A stretch of DNA of 56,477 nucleotides from Eledone cirrhosa (taxonomy: Eukaryota). Below are positions 17,704 to 30,844 of the stretch, piece by piece. The notes under the pieces were generated by a model. That model did not search any database and was not told the origin of the DNA. It saw only the letters and a program-made list of their open reading frames with translations. Position numbers and translations under genes: made by a program. The stretch is taken from assembly GCA_964016885.1 (NCBI GenBank), contig CAXHJY010001425.1, positions 1-56,477 of the forward strand, in the 5' to 3' direction. Position 1 is the stretch's first letter; each line of letters starts with the position of its first letter.

Positions 17704-18687
17704 TATATATTTGTGTGTATATATATGTGTGGTTGTGTGTGTGTGACTAATTTAATTCTTATAAATGCGTGCGTAAAGGTGTCAGAATAAAAGAAAACAA
17801 TCGAAGGTTTTCCACCAAATATTAGAAATGTGACCGTAACTGATGTAGTTCCTACATCAGGCCCATCTGAAGTGGAAACGATAGTAATATAGCCCACAAC
17901 TGCTGCTGGATGGCTGCTGAGGCGGCGGCTGCTGGTGGTTTTGCTGTTGTCACTGAATTGATGTTCGCTGTTCTAACGGAAGCAAATCGTAACAACCTCA
18001 GCCTCAATTATACCTGGGCTCGACGAGGTGCTTCGCAGTGGATCGAAAAATTCACTTCTTTCTGTAGTACTGGTTCTGTCAAATTATTCAAGCGGCAATA
18101 TCACCCGATTGGCTTACGGCGATGAAAGTGAAAATGTACCTGGGAAAAAACTGAAGATATTCGAGGAAAATAAAACGAAAATGATGGCACAAATCAAATT
18201 AGAGCACGACTGATGACATAAGGAAATGTAACAACAGCAAGGCAGCTGTCTATCTACTGTCCCTAAATTTCACGGTTCTCAAAATTAATAGCGACACACA
18301 TATTAAAATATCGGTAAGGGTAAAACAATAGTACAAATAAGCTGCTATTATAGAGGAGATATCGGAGGTAATTCCATCAACAGATTATCAGGCTTTTATT
18401 GGAGTACACTAAATATACTCACGTGTCTGTCCTGTGAAGTCAGAAGTGTAACAGGGAAGATAATTTGAATGTTCTCCATAGGTTTCAATCAGAATGGAAT
18501 GCAATCGTAGTTATGTTGTGTCATGATCTGCTCTAGTTAGAGATTTTTCACCATGTCGTGAATTGGTTTCTTTTTTTTTTTTTTTTTCTTAGTTATTTTT
18601 CATGCTCTTTTACATTTTTCACCACCTCAAATTATGGCGTATGTGTATCTGCACAAGGATAATAAAGAAATTATATTATTATTATTT

Positions 18688-18848
18688 TGGCATAATCGAT
18701 AGAGCATCACACACCTTGCTTTGCAGCATAGAGTGGCAATCCTTTACGTTCTCAGTTCAAATCCCGCCGAGGTTAGCTTTGCCTTTCATCCTTACGGGGT
18801 CGATAAAATAACGTACCAGTAACACTCTGAGGTCGATTTAATTAATCT
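18688..18848 (+). mobile_element. tRNA-derived SINE with a Meta-like central domain
   Basis: B-box GTTCAAATCCC followed by GCCTTTCATCCTTACGGGGTCGATAAAATAACGTACCAG. Confidence 0.8.
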
Positions 18849-19680
18849 TCGTGTGTCTCTTCTTTCTAGTCTTATTCTATTTACTCCATCTTCTCTTTAA
18901 TAGTCATTGAGAATGTCACAGAATGTGTAACGAAAGACCTTTGACAAATTAATATATAACTAATAATAATATAGCTGAAGTGAAAATCAAATAGTGCGTG
19001 CGTTTTTATTGGCAAAATTGGCAAAATATTCTTCTCCAAATATAATAATATATATTGAGTGCTCCATTGGAATTCGTTTATGTGTGGTTGTCTGGGGTTA
19101 TACAGGTCCAAAGCGTATTTACCCGACAGAAGTGGTTATGGCTACAGGATAGTCAAGGGAGGTTTTGTTGCTAACCTGTTTGACACTATACACCATTTCT
19201 TAACTTCATATGTTCTCACAATTCCCTATTTACTCCACAAAAGTGACATTCTTATAAACCATCTTTGTTTAAGGAATCAAATTACTTCTGAGAAGATTTG
19301 CTTTTATTGCAAACAGAATTATCTTTGTGCAAACAACAACATTTTTAATTCTAAGTGAACATATATGACTTCAAAGAGAGAATAGTAATTTAAAGGTGAC
19401 CACATGTCATGAGCAATATCACACAGTGCATTTCATTTAACAAAATAAATTGTCTTCATTTCCTCAATTAAATACAATGTTTTCAATGCTACTACAGGTA
19501 GCATCAACTGGATATGGAATAAAGAAGACGCTGGTTTCCAATACCGCTCGGAGCAAGTGAATAAATTACTATAACCAAGGCCATAGGTTTGAGATAAAGA
19601 TGTTGTTCAATATTTAGACATTATCTGAAGACTGCAACCAAAAGAAACGTCAAATCTGTGTGTGTGTGTGTATGTATGTA

Positions 19681-19721
<41 letters not shown>

Positions 19722-19843
19722 GTCAAATATATGTGTGTGCATGTATGTACGTATATATATATATACAAGTATATGTATATATGTACATACATATACATAC
19801 ATAGGTGTGGGGTGAGGTGTAAGTATGTATTAAGTGTTAAGTT

Positions 19844-19882
<39 letters not shown>

Positions 19883-20270
19883 CTGTGTCTATATATATAC
19901 ATATATATATATAAGTATATGCATATATATATATATCAATGATATTAATAAATGGAAACTATATGTATAAAACCATATTTATTCTATTATATATATTTCA
20001 GGGGTACCAAAACTTTGGTACGTTCTCATCAGATAAAATACAAAATTTGTTTTATAAATATTGACATATCCAGGAACGAGACCTTAACGGTTCAAGTTTT
20101 ACCTGGATATTTTACTCCAGAAATTCTTGTCGAGTGCTTCGAATCAGTTATAAATATATATATTTGTTGAATTAGCAACAAATTAAATATCCATTTGTTT
20201 ATATATATATATATATATATATATGGGGATGCTGTGTAACTATTTATTAAATGTAATGTAAAATTTACGT

Positions 20271-20303
<33 letters not shown>

Positions 20304-20827
20304 CATACGTGTGTGTGTGTGTGCAACTTTACATAGAAACAAGACATTTGACATGATTTTATTCGTATAAAATGATCCAAAGAATTATTTCACAGCAAGA
20401 GATTCCCACATTTTGAAACACACTTCTATATATACACGTTCAGTCACGCACGCATCACCTCCTCATATTCTATATATATATATTCTACATCTATGTGTAT
20501 ACTCGTATATAGGAGTGTGTTTCAAACTCCGCACAAGTAATGGATTTTGTACATAATGTTGCGATAATTTTGTCGTGGAATGAAAACAATAAAGAAAAAC
20601 ATGTCTAGCTTATATATTTCTTATTGTCTGTGCTTTAAGCTACTTACCACTGCTAATTATCTAATTAGTATGCAACCAAAGCTACGTAGAAGTGAAAAGA
20701 ATTGCATTTTTATTTTCTATTTTATAGAACTAGACTGCAACCTCAAGATGATAAATCTCTCCACTTCAAAACAATTCTTCTTTTTTGTATTGCCACTTAA
20801 TTTAATTAAGTAGAATATATAATTATT

Positions 20828-20829
<2 letters not shown>

Positions 20830-20859
<30 letters not shown>

Positions 20860-20958
20860 TGTATGTATGTATGTATGTATGTATGTATGTATGTATGTAT
20901 GTATGTATGTATGTATGTATGTATGTGTGTGTGTGTGTGTGTGTATGTGTGTGTGTGT
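20830..20958. repeat. (TATG)n followed by (TG)n
   Basis: Direct inspection. Confidence 0.95.
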
Positions 20959-22562
20959 TTATGTACAGGACAGTTATATTTAATACACTCATAACTAGAA
21001 TTTTAAATGAAAAGCTTCTCTTTGTAAACATAATCAAATATAAATAAATGCTGTTATATATTCGGTCCACAAAGAAACATAATGATTGCTGTTATATACT
21101 TCATGTATTATCAGTTATTCATCACAAAAGGAGTATTTTTACCGTTCCGCCTATAAAACGTATTTAGAAAAATTCTATTTATATCAATTACGAAGCAAAT
21201 TTCTTAATGTTTCTGTACATTTAACAAGTTTGGAAGCATTTGATGGTGGCTAAACTGGTATAAGTGATAATAGTAATATATACATATTTATAGGACATCA
21301 GACTAATAAAATGACAAGTCAGTCAATCATATTGGTGGCCTCCCCACAGCCCCGGCGAACAGAATGGAGAAGGCGTTTCACCGGAAAATGGGGTGGATGA
21401 TATAGCAGTTTGTTCATAATGTAGTTTGTCGATTTGTAATTTAATTGGACCCCAGTGATTTGGAAAAAAAATATTTCTCTATAGGTCATCAACATATTGA
21501 AATAACAATTTCGTATATGTTGTCAGAATGTTTAGATATATCTCTTTCACCTCTGGTGATCTTTTCTAGAATTTTTATTGCCAAGGTTATTTTCATTCTC
21601 CCAATGTTACATCGTGTCTTATTTGAACCATACTGCCCTCCCTTTATTCAGTTTATTTTTCATTTTTGTTTTGTTTTTCTTTGTTTCTTTTCTCCATTTT
21701 TCCGATACTCTCAGGATTAGTCATACCTACTTAAGTAATTATAGACGTTGCTTCATTTGTAATAAATAAACCGGGTCTTTTGGTTTCATATATTTGTTCT
21801 GTATAAATATTAATATGGCATTTTTGACCTTTCTATTTTCGATGACATCAGTTGCTTTCTTCCTCAATCAATTACTTCCAACAAGAAATTCATATATTCC
21901 GCATAGATACCAATGTGTCGAATTTGCCATCTTATCATAGCTGCAAGAACATTTAATTTTAGCCGGCTTCCAACAAATGACAAGTATCTAGATTAGTCCA
22001 GTTTGTTTGATTTTATATACATAAATATGTATATGTGTGTGGTTACACACATATCATAGAGAGAGAGAGAGAGAGATACATACATAGATGCTTGTTTTTT
22101 TATTATTTCAGTTTCTTTTGTACGAAATATTTATAGGATATTTATCTCCATTAACTATTCTGTGACTCTGTAACAACTTGTGGTGGTTCTTTGTTAATAT
22201 TCGTGGTGTTTTAGTCCTGTGACATCAATTTATAGTGCTTTGGGGATTTATCAAAGTACACGTTTCGCAACGTCATTCCATAGTATCCTCTTATTTTTGA
22301 TCCTTTCAATCATACCCAGCCTTCCTCCCGTCTGTCCAGCTTCGTTTCCAATGTTCAATTTTTGATTCTTCGTTTTATTTTATTTTTTGTTGTTGTTGCT
22401 GTTGTTGTTGTTTTTTCTCTATTTGTTTCTCTTTGCTGTGAAAATTTTTATTCTTCCACAATATTCTTACTTATTTGTCTTTAATTGAAAGTCTCTGACA
22501 GACGAAAGATTCTTCTTGCTAGTTCTGACATTGATCTCAATTCTACATATATTCTTATTTTT

Positions 22563-22716
22563 CTACTACTACGACGACGACTACTACTACTACTACTGCT
22601 GCTGCGGCTGTTACTACTACTACTACTACTAATAATAATAATAATAATAATACTACGACGACGACGTCTATTACTAGTTGTTCTAATGCTAATACTACTA
22701 TAACTACTATTACTAT
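22563..22716. repeat. Compound trinucleotide repeat (CTA/CGA/CTG/TAA)
   Basis: Direct inspection. Confidence 0.95.
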
Positions 22717-23239
22717 GTATGGGGGTGATATTTATAGAGCAATAGGGTTCTCCACATTGGCTTGTACACGCCTAACGTTATAGAAAACGTGCATAGTAGT
22801 TTAATTCAACTATCATTATTGGTGATTAATTCATGGATTGGAAGTTGAATACATAAAGAAAAAACAAACAAATGCCACGATGCATTGTGTCTGAAGCCTT
22901 ACAATATATTACAACAAATAAAAGGAAATATTAAAACAAATAACGCCCATTCAACCATTAAAAGATTATAGCCCCCAAGGGCTTTCATAAAATATTCGCT
23001 GGGAAAGTAAAATGAATGATCCGAATTTAGTCGCAAGCATCTTCGGTTTTAGCCTAACTCCGCCTCTCACCTTTTTAGATAATCCTCCTTTAGCCACCGA
23101 TAGATAACTGGTACAGTTTCCAGCTATAATCTATTTTCGGCGGTTCTTTATATTCATTGATCAGCTCTTCATCCATCACCACAATAAGTTATTTGTCCTC
23201 CCTTTTTAACTTTCCCAGGTGTGTGTGTGTGTATGTATG

Positions 23240-23270
<31 letters not shown>

Positions 23271-23275
<5 letters not shown>

Positions 23276-24891
23276 TCACAGGAATCAAAGTTATGTTCAA
23301 ATCATTTATTAGCTTACAATTGTTTCATCCAAACCGAGGCTTGGTGTCTTCGGAGCATTTTTCAATGTTTGTATACATACATGACCTCCTTTCCAACGCT
23401 AGAGACATACAGATACATATGTATATATTGATGTACAGTGGGGTGACATATATTATTTTATTTCTGAATGGCAATTTAAATTCAAAAATTACAATCATAT
23501 TAAAACAGAATCAAAGGAAAATTAAAATTAAAATACATCGGCAGTTAACGTAGATAATGCAAGAGGATAGTTTGTTAGTCAGTTGTAGTAGCTATTGTAT
23601 GCATTAGTTACACGTGGGGCATGCACGTGTGTCTTATTTATATATGATTATTGTGCGGCAGGGTGTTATTTGCAATACAAGCACTTTAAGCGGGTAATCA
23701 AGAGTATAGACGTGGTTCTAATAGGGCCCCTGACAGGTTCTGTGAGTAGACTACATTTACAAAGAACTTTGATATGTAGATCTTACTCTTCGTATGGAAT
23801 ATTTAGTTGTAGCACCCTATGATAGGGAGTAATCATCCTAATATAGATACCTTTAGTACTTCATGATAGAGTAGACTGTAATCAGCTAGTTACCTCCCCT
23901 CACGCATTAACTCCCCTTAATCACACACATACTTCCGGATAATAAAACGTATTAAATTCTCGCAACAGAAACAACCTGCTCTATAAAATTGGATTAAAGA
24001 TCACTGAGCTGCAACACGCTATAATAATTTAACTTAATACATCAAACATCCAATACGGAATCATCGTTAATTATGTGAAAGAAACATAAACTATATATTA
24101 AGTTTCCTGAATTGTGAAAATGGTGGTGTATACAAAAACCATAACATTATTTTGCTTCTCATTTATACTATTTCTCCGCACACAAGCTTCTTTATCATAC
24201 ACAAAAAATACCTTACCACTACAACCTCCATAATACTCTTGATTACCCGCTTAAAGTGCTTGTATTGCATATAACACCTTGCCGCACAATAATCATATAT
24301 AAATAAGACACACGTGCATGCCCCGCGTGTAACTAATGCATACAATAACTACTACAACTGACTAACAAACTATCCTCTTGCATTATCTACGTTAACTGCC
24401 GATGTTGTATTTTAATTTTAATTTTGCTTCGATTCTGTTTTAATATGATTGTAATTTTAGAATTTAAATTGCCATTCAAAAATAAAATAATATCTGTTTT
24501 AATATGATTGTAATTTTAGAATTTAAATTGCCATTCAAAAATAAAATAATATATGTCACCCCACTGTACATCAATATATACATATGTATCTGTATGTCTC
24601 TTGCGTTGGAAAGGAGGTCATGTATGTATACAAACATTGAAAAATGCTCCGAAGACACCAAGCCTCGGTTTGGATGAAACAATTGTAAGCTAATAAATGA
24701 TTTGAACATAACTTTGATTCCTGTGAATTCTATATAACTGCTCTGTAGTACAACTGATGTTTTTACATTGAGCTATTTATCTTACTGGTAATAAGGTAGT
24801 AATAAATTACTGTCTTTCACTGTTTAGGGATTATAATATATATAACTATAAAAAGTGTTAGTATATACATAACCATAAATAGTATCCTTAA

Positions 24892-24895
<4 letters not shown>
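23271..24895. mobile_element. Fold-back element (arms 23271-23707 and 24233-24731, ~525-bp spacer, ~160-bp tail on the right) with an HHR in each arm
   Basis: Inverted arms; the duplicated ORFs MYALVTRGAC and MFKSFISLQL in the track reflect this. 59-bp tandem duplication at 24434/24493. Bounded by (TA)n. Confidence 0.8.
24646..24690 (+). ncRNA. Minimal HHR variant (CCGAAGA core); mirror copy at 23312-23356 on -
   Basis: GCU-CCGAAGA-CA-CCAAGC-CUCG-GUUUGG-AU-GAAAC-AAUU-GUA-AGC, then AAUAAA at 24692. Confidence 0.7.
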
Positions 24896-24949
<54 letters not shown>

Positions 24950-24996
24950 AATGAAAAGTATAGAAATTATTGTGAGCATGAAGCCAACAGTATTTC

Positions 24997-25062
<66 letters not shown>

Positions 25063-25063
25063 G

Positions 25064-25142
<79 letters not shown>

Positions 25143-25191
25143 TATATGATACTTGGACACGCTGCGGGATGAAATATATATATATATATAT

Positions 25192-26165
25192 AAATAAAAT
25201 AACAGGATGCTAGACTGGTGTAAATCCTTGAAAGGTTTATTATACTATGTTCATTTCAATGACCGGGTTCCATATGAATCCGGTGATATCATCAGATATT
25301 CGAAATATAACAAAGGAATATGTAAAAAACTATGGGTCCGAAAAATCAGAGACAGAGAGGACGACTGACCAACTAGCTGCTTTCACTCGGCCAGTCGCCC
25401 TCAAAGTGATGGCAACTCAGTCTACTAATGACGATCTGGTGAGGGGGCGAAGGCTTATAATGCACTACCACCTCTCCGTCAAAGAATAAAAAAGGGGAAG
25501 AAAGAAAGAAAGAAAGAAGAAAAAAGAAAGAATTCAGCATAAGGGTCACACTACAGTCATGCTAGAAAACGCCGCGAAAAATGTTATTCCAAAGAATCTA
25601 TATTTTAACAAAGGCATATATAATGGGTGTCTGTATGGTCTTAATGTGTGAAGAGAAAATTGGAACGTTAAACTTATGTTACGAGTTATAGGATGAAATT
25701 AAATTAAAAAATAATAAATTGAAAAATGATAAATTGAAATATAAATTTAAAAAAATAGAAAAATTATTAGAAAATTAAAGGTTAAGGTAGTGAGATCTAT
25801 TTAATGAACTTACAGAGAGAGTCTTATATGAAAAAGTTAATCTCGATAAGATATCAGGGTGGGATATAGAGTAAAGATTAAAGCCTTCGATTGTAAATCC
25901 CAGCCAGCATCTCCTAACCACGTGTCAGCCAGTTTCGAGTGGTATCGTCCAGCGAAAGAAATGGAAATTGATTTTTCCGAGTACTCTAGGAACGTAGCTA
26001 CCTTAGGCCCCGGGTGTGCTAGCGGGAAGTCTACAATTTCGACAGGCCATACTATTAATTCACACATGAGGGGTTTATTTACGTGCCAGTAGAGGCATGA
26101 TACAGCTAACAGTTATGCCTAAGCCTTGAGTTTATAGGTATAAGTATAATATGGCGGTCAAAACA
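25192..26165 (-). mobile_element. Probable PLE 3' remnant with an HHR-bearing pseudo-LTR
   Basis: HHR plus AATAAA close to the TA-flanked end. The upstream minus-strand peptide (DFPLAHP...KALIFTLYP) only weakly recalls a GIY-YIG C-terminus. Confidence 0.5.
25242..25299 (-). ncRNA. Type I HHR with intact core
   Basis: AUAU-CUGAUGA-UAUC-ACCGGAUUC-AUAUG-GAACCCGGU-CAUU-GAA-AUG-AA-CAU-A / GUAU, then AAUAAA. Confidence 0.65.
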
Positions 26166-26168
26166 GGC

Positions 26169-26257
26169 TTTCATCCCGCAGCGTGTCCAATATCACCCTC
26201 CTCGCCAAGCAAGCTTGGTGGGATTGCCGGTTTAGTCGCCGGCGATCCGACCATGGA
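26169..26257 (-). mobile_element. 5' fragment of a related RTE family
   Basis: Homologous to ~35525-35608 (TGTCCAA..TCACCCTCCTC.CCAAG..A.CTTGGTGGG.TTGCC.GTTTAGTCGCC..CGA.CCGACCATGG). Confidence 0.7.
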
Positions 26258-26270
26258 TATACACATATAC

Positions 26271-26311
<41 letters not shown>

Positions 26312-26404
26312 TTAGTTAAGTAAAAACAGGACCACAAATTTCACAAGGAAGACATTATCTAAAGATTGTCAACATAGTTGTAGTTTAAAGTAAGGAATGT
26401 AAAG

Positions 26405-26602
26405 AATAATAATAATTGTTTCAACTTTTGGTACAAGGCCAGCAATTATCCCAGTGTATTACTGGTACTTTATTTTATCGACCTCGTAAGGACGAAAGGC
26501 AAAGTTAACCTCAGCGGGATTTGAAATCAGAACGTAAAGTGCCGTAACTCTATGCTGCAAAGCATGGCGTCTGACTCTACCGATACTGCCAATCCACCAC
26601 CC
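26405..26602 (-). mobile_element. Near full-length tRNA-derived SINE
   Basis: Minus strand: A-box-like TGGCAGTATCGG, B-box-like TTTCAAATCCC, GTCGATAAAATAAAGTACCAG core and (TTA)n tail. Confidence 0.82.
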
Positions 26603-27739
26603 ACATTAATATGAAATCCCATATTAATGCTGAATACATACTACCGACTTTGAGGGCTTCATCCTGTTTACACTATAATTAATTGATTGAGATTCTGCGA
26701 AAGCAATACTCAGGAATAAACATTTAAGTAATTGCCGACAACTATATATAGTGTTAATGTAATGTAAGTAAAATGTTAATGTTCTACTTGATTATATGTT
26801 GTTTTTTATGCAACGTATTAATAATGTTATAACTTTAACACTGTCTGTATTAGTGCTCTTTGTTTTTGTTTGTATTTTAGCGTCAAAGTTACATCAAAGA
26901 GTTATAATCAACGAGTCGATAATTTATATAGCAATATAATTTCATTGTATATATATAAATGTGTGTGTGGGTGTGGGTGTGTGTGTGTCTCTCTCTATCT
27001 ATCTATCTCCCTCTCACCCTCCCTCTCTCTGTCTAGGCTAAGTTAATCGTGAAGATCTATGAGATAATGAGCACTTTGTTAAAGACTTCTAACATCCAAT
27101 TTGTCTTACTTGTCTTTAGCTTGGAGCTCTTATATTTTCCTCTTCTCACTCTTTCGATTTTACTCTCCTTTTCCATTGCGTGTCATTTCTTATCCATCAC
27201 TGCAAGATAATATAATGTAATAGTCTTTCCGTGGCTCTTGTCAACTCTGTGCTGCATATGGAGACATTTTTTCTACCAGGTGTCCTACCACGCCAACCAA
27301 TATTATCAGTGTCAACAGAAATAGGACGTCTCTAATTCCTCTCTGGCCTTCTTCTAAGATGCGCTCAGTAGAGCCGAGGAAACAGTGATGACAGCAGACT
27401 AAATGGCTTCAACTCTGCTTCTTTTAGATCAAAGACTTGTTGTTGCAGCCCTCTCTCCTCCTGTCCGCCACTAATCTACTTTTCATTTCACTTTTCCTCG
27501 GAGAACTTCGAACTAGCACAATTTCAGAAATTAGGTCTTCTTTCTGCATCACTACCACAATTGATTTCCTCTCCACTTCTACATAGAAAATGTTTAATTT
27601 TCTTTTTGCTTATTGGGACATAGATTTCTCTGCAGACACCACACGATAATTGCGAATCACCTCTGCTCTCACTATATGTACAATCTATGAAGTAGAGTTG
27701 ACCAGCAATGGGTAACCGTCGTATCAATATCGTCCCATT

Positions 27740-27900
27740 GGTCGGACGCCATGCTTTGCAGCATAGAGTTACGCCCCTTTATGATCTGAGTTGAAATCCC
27801 GCTGAGGTTAACTTTCCCTTTCGTCATTACAGGGTCGATAAAATAAAGTATAGGATGATTGTTGACCTTGTGCCAAAAGTAGAAATAATTATTTTATTAT
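27740..27900 (+). mobile_element. tRNA-derived SINE, same family, opposite orientation to 26405-26602
   Basis: GACGCCATGCTTTGCAGCATAGAGTTACG...GTTGAAATCCCGCTGAGGTTAAC...GGGTCGATAAAATAAAGTA. Confidence 0.8.
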
Positions 27901-28800
27901 ATATCATTTCTTACTCATGTACTGCATCACCATCCTGCATAACGGCGGTGATTTACTTCTGTCTAACTAAATATTTCATTATCAATATTAAATAATTGAC
28001 AGGCAATTCTATATGAACTTTTTTTGTCGCTGAGGCAGATGTATTGCCAAATATCAGCCAGGATTTCTTTCAGTGTATTTTGCAAACCAGAGACACGTCA
28101 CCTTTCCTTTTGACCTTTACCTGGATAAGGTTTCCAAGAAAATGAGCAATTTTCTTCTTGCACTCATTCCTTACTTTTGTTTTTGCCTGAATCTGCTTGG
28201 TTTCTAACACATACCAAATGATGAGTTATATGTCTCATTGGTGTTTTTGTTATTGTTAAAATACCATTTAAAATGGCGTTAAATTACTTTCTTTTTCTTG
28301 TGCTTTTCGCATTATGGCTTTAAGGATTTGTTTGAAACTCCGTCTCATCATTTAATTGTCGTGTTTTCTGTGCGTTCTCAAGTTTGTTTGTATGTACAAC
28401 ACGTTACAAAGAATATTAAATATTAACATTGGTATCGTTATTTGTAGCTAGCATTTCCATCCCTTAAAGGGAATAATTTTTACTCCGATTATACAATTCA
28501 GATGTAAAAACAGTGCGCAGACACAACTTACTTCTCCCACATGAAATCATAAAACTTCAAGGTTTCACATGTAAGCAGTCACCATTTTTTTTTTGTGGTG
28601 GACATTCTTACAAATGATTCTTCGTTTCATTCTTTTTCCCTAATCTAACGATCGGTGACGTGAAATTCGGACATATGAAATGTTAAATTTTTACACACAT
28701 CTAATATCAATACTCCTTCTTTTCCTTGTTTACACAGAAGTGTTTATATATATAAAATATACATATATGTATCTATGTATATATATATATATATATATAT

Positions 28801-29610
28801 AAATTACACAATAATCAAAGCTATGTTCAAATCATTTTATTGCTGACAATCGTTTCTTCCAAACTATCGTTTAGAGTCATGGGAGCATTAGCAATGTTTG
28901 AACATACAATTAACCTCCTATTTAACTGAACAATCATATAGATACATGGATATTAATGTTGCCAACAACAGTTTCATATTTACAGAGTGGAATGGATGCG
29001 ACATAGATTTCAAGAGAATTGTACAATGATTAAAATTAGAAATTAAAAGTTAAAAGGTAAAAAGGCACAGAGTGGAATGCATAGAAAGTGCACTCTCTAT
29101 ATATATGTACGCTTATATATGTACTGCTAGTGTCCTCGTTTCACGAGTAACTTTCTACCTTAATGCCTCTCTAATTGTTATACTAATCTCTGTCGCATGC
29201 ATTCCACTCTGTGCCTGTTTAACTTTTAACTTTTAATTTTTAATTTTAATCATTGTATAATTCTCTTGAAATCTATGTCGCATCCATTCCAATCTGTAAA
29301 TATGAAACTGTTGTTGGCACCATTAATATCCATGTATCTATATGATTGTTCAGTTAAATAGGAGGTTAATTATATGTACAAACATTGCTAATGCTCCGAT
29401 GATTCGAAAGGATAGTTTGGAAGAAACGATTGTCAGCAATAAAATGATTTGAACATAGCTTTGATTATTGTGTAATTTATATTCCGGCTCTGTAAAACAT
29501 CTCATGTATTTACATTGAGCTATTTTTCTTACTGATAATAAGGTAATAATTAATTAATGACCTTTCCTGTTTATAGTTATATATAGTGTATACATAACTA
29601 TAAATAATAA
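28801..29610. mobile_element. Fold-back element (arms 28801-29082 and 29197-29478, ~130-bp tail on the right), related to the 23.3-24.9 kb element
   Basis: Inverted arms. The terminus ATCAAAG(C/T)TATGTTCAAATCATTT and the tail TTTACATTGAGCTATTT.TCTTACTG.TAATAAGGTA are shared with the 23-25 kb element. Confidence 0.8.
29392..29438 (+). ncRNA. Minimal HHR variant (CCGAUGA core); more decayed mirror copy at ~28841-28887 on -
   Basis: UGCU-CCGAUGA-UUCGAAAGGAUAGUUUGGAA-GAAAC-GAUU-GUC-AGCA, overlapping AAUAAA. Confidence 0.65.
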
Positions 29611-29680
29611 TATATATATATATATAGTGAAAGAATGAAGAGTAATATGGTTGGCTGAACAATAAGGGGCTTTATTTCAA

Positions 29681-29791
29681 GTACTGACAATTGTTTCATT
29701 GATCAGGCGAGTCTAGAGGTCGCTGATCGCTTGAAGTTGCGTCACTCGATCTCCAATACATTATTTACCTCTAATCAACACATCAGTGTAC
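29681..29791 (-). ncRNA. HHR-like motif with long stem II in the PLE pseudo-LTR (one core substitution)
   Basis: GUACA-CUGAUGU-GUUGAUUA...UGAUCAAU-GAAAC-AAUU-GUC-AGUAC, then AAUAAA. Palindromic stem III ACAAUUGU; core A9 replaced by U. Confidence 0.65.
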
Positions 29792-30436
29792 GTAGATGTA
29801 AAAATAATTCACTCGAGGCAAGATATATATAGAAGAGTAGCGTATAATCAAAACAATAACATAATAAAATATATATGCTAAATAGGTAGAGAAGCTACAG
29901 ATATAATAATTAAAAAGTAAAAGATAAGATAGGGTACATTAAAAAAGTAAGGAAATAAAAAAATGGAAAATGTAAAGAAATAAATAAGGATAAGTGAGAG
30001 CATGTAAGTACAGAGTATGTTTGTGGGGGTGGTGAGTAAGTGTTCTTATAAGAATTATTTGGTGGGTTTAGTGCTAACATGAAAAGCAAATTCGAAATAT
30101 ACATAGATACGTGTAGTGAGTCTGATGTAGTGACAGATAAAAGAAAAAAGAAAAAGCAATAAATTAGAGATTAATTGGGGGATACAAGTGAGAGATTTAA
30201 GGGCTAGGGGTGGATTATGAAGGGAGGTTTGACAAACGTGTGTGGTAAATGTTTTGCTGATTGTCTCGTCTTAATGGGGTTGATGCTGTTTCAGGGAAAG
30301 AGGGTGAAAGAGATGTTCAAAGATTTATGATCCAGTGACCAGTTGGCCGGTTGACAGCTAATAGCAGTGTGAGAGAATGTATTCTATATGCTAAATCCAG
30401 GTGGTTCAGTTCTAATTTTAGTATTGCTGGTTCGAA

Positions 30437-30844
30437 TCACGGTGGTTTGAAGTTTGTGAATCTGGTAGTTATTTTATGCCTACAGAAAATTGATCTTTCT
30501 ATTTTGCTGTTAAGCAGCATCTTATCGTACCTTAAAATATGAAGTAGTTCTAAATTACAAAGTCCGCAGTGGAACATTCCGTTGCAGTAGGCCCTTGCTA
30601 CCGATAATTTTGACCAGCTAATCTTATATACTTGGTTTTAGTTTTTAACATGCCAGATTTTCTTGGCGAGCGTCGTAGAGTTCTCCAGTGTACGGTTCTT
30701 CATGGAGTGTCTCTGGACGTACCACCTTTTCTTGAACTCCCCAGCCGTAGAACCTATGTAGTGCCAAGTAGAGTTGCCTGAATTAACAGTACACAGGTAC
30801 ACCATACTCGAATCCAGGCATCTATTTTGTAGTGGGCACTTATC
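30437..30844 (-). pseudogene. GIY-YIG endonuclease domain of the PLE, one in-frame stop
   Basis: DKCPLQNRCLDSSMVYLCTVNSGNSTWHYIGSTAGEFKKRWYVQRHSMKNRTLENSTTLAKKIWHVKN*NQVYKISWSKLSVARAYCNGMFHCGLCNLELLHILRYDKMLLNSKIERSIFCRHK. Contains VY...YIG, the catalytic R, CxLC, LN and CRH motifs. Confidence 0.88.

Noticed and set aside
22485-22703. Hydrophobic membrane-peptide ORF
   Set aside because: Poly-L/I/R arises from trinucleotide repeats.
27050-27730. Possible old LINE fragment
   Set aside because: No convincing conserved motif by manual translation; needs BLASTx. The same applies to ~430-860 and ~21300-22350.
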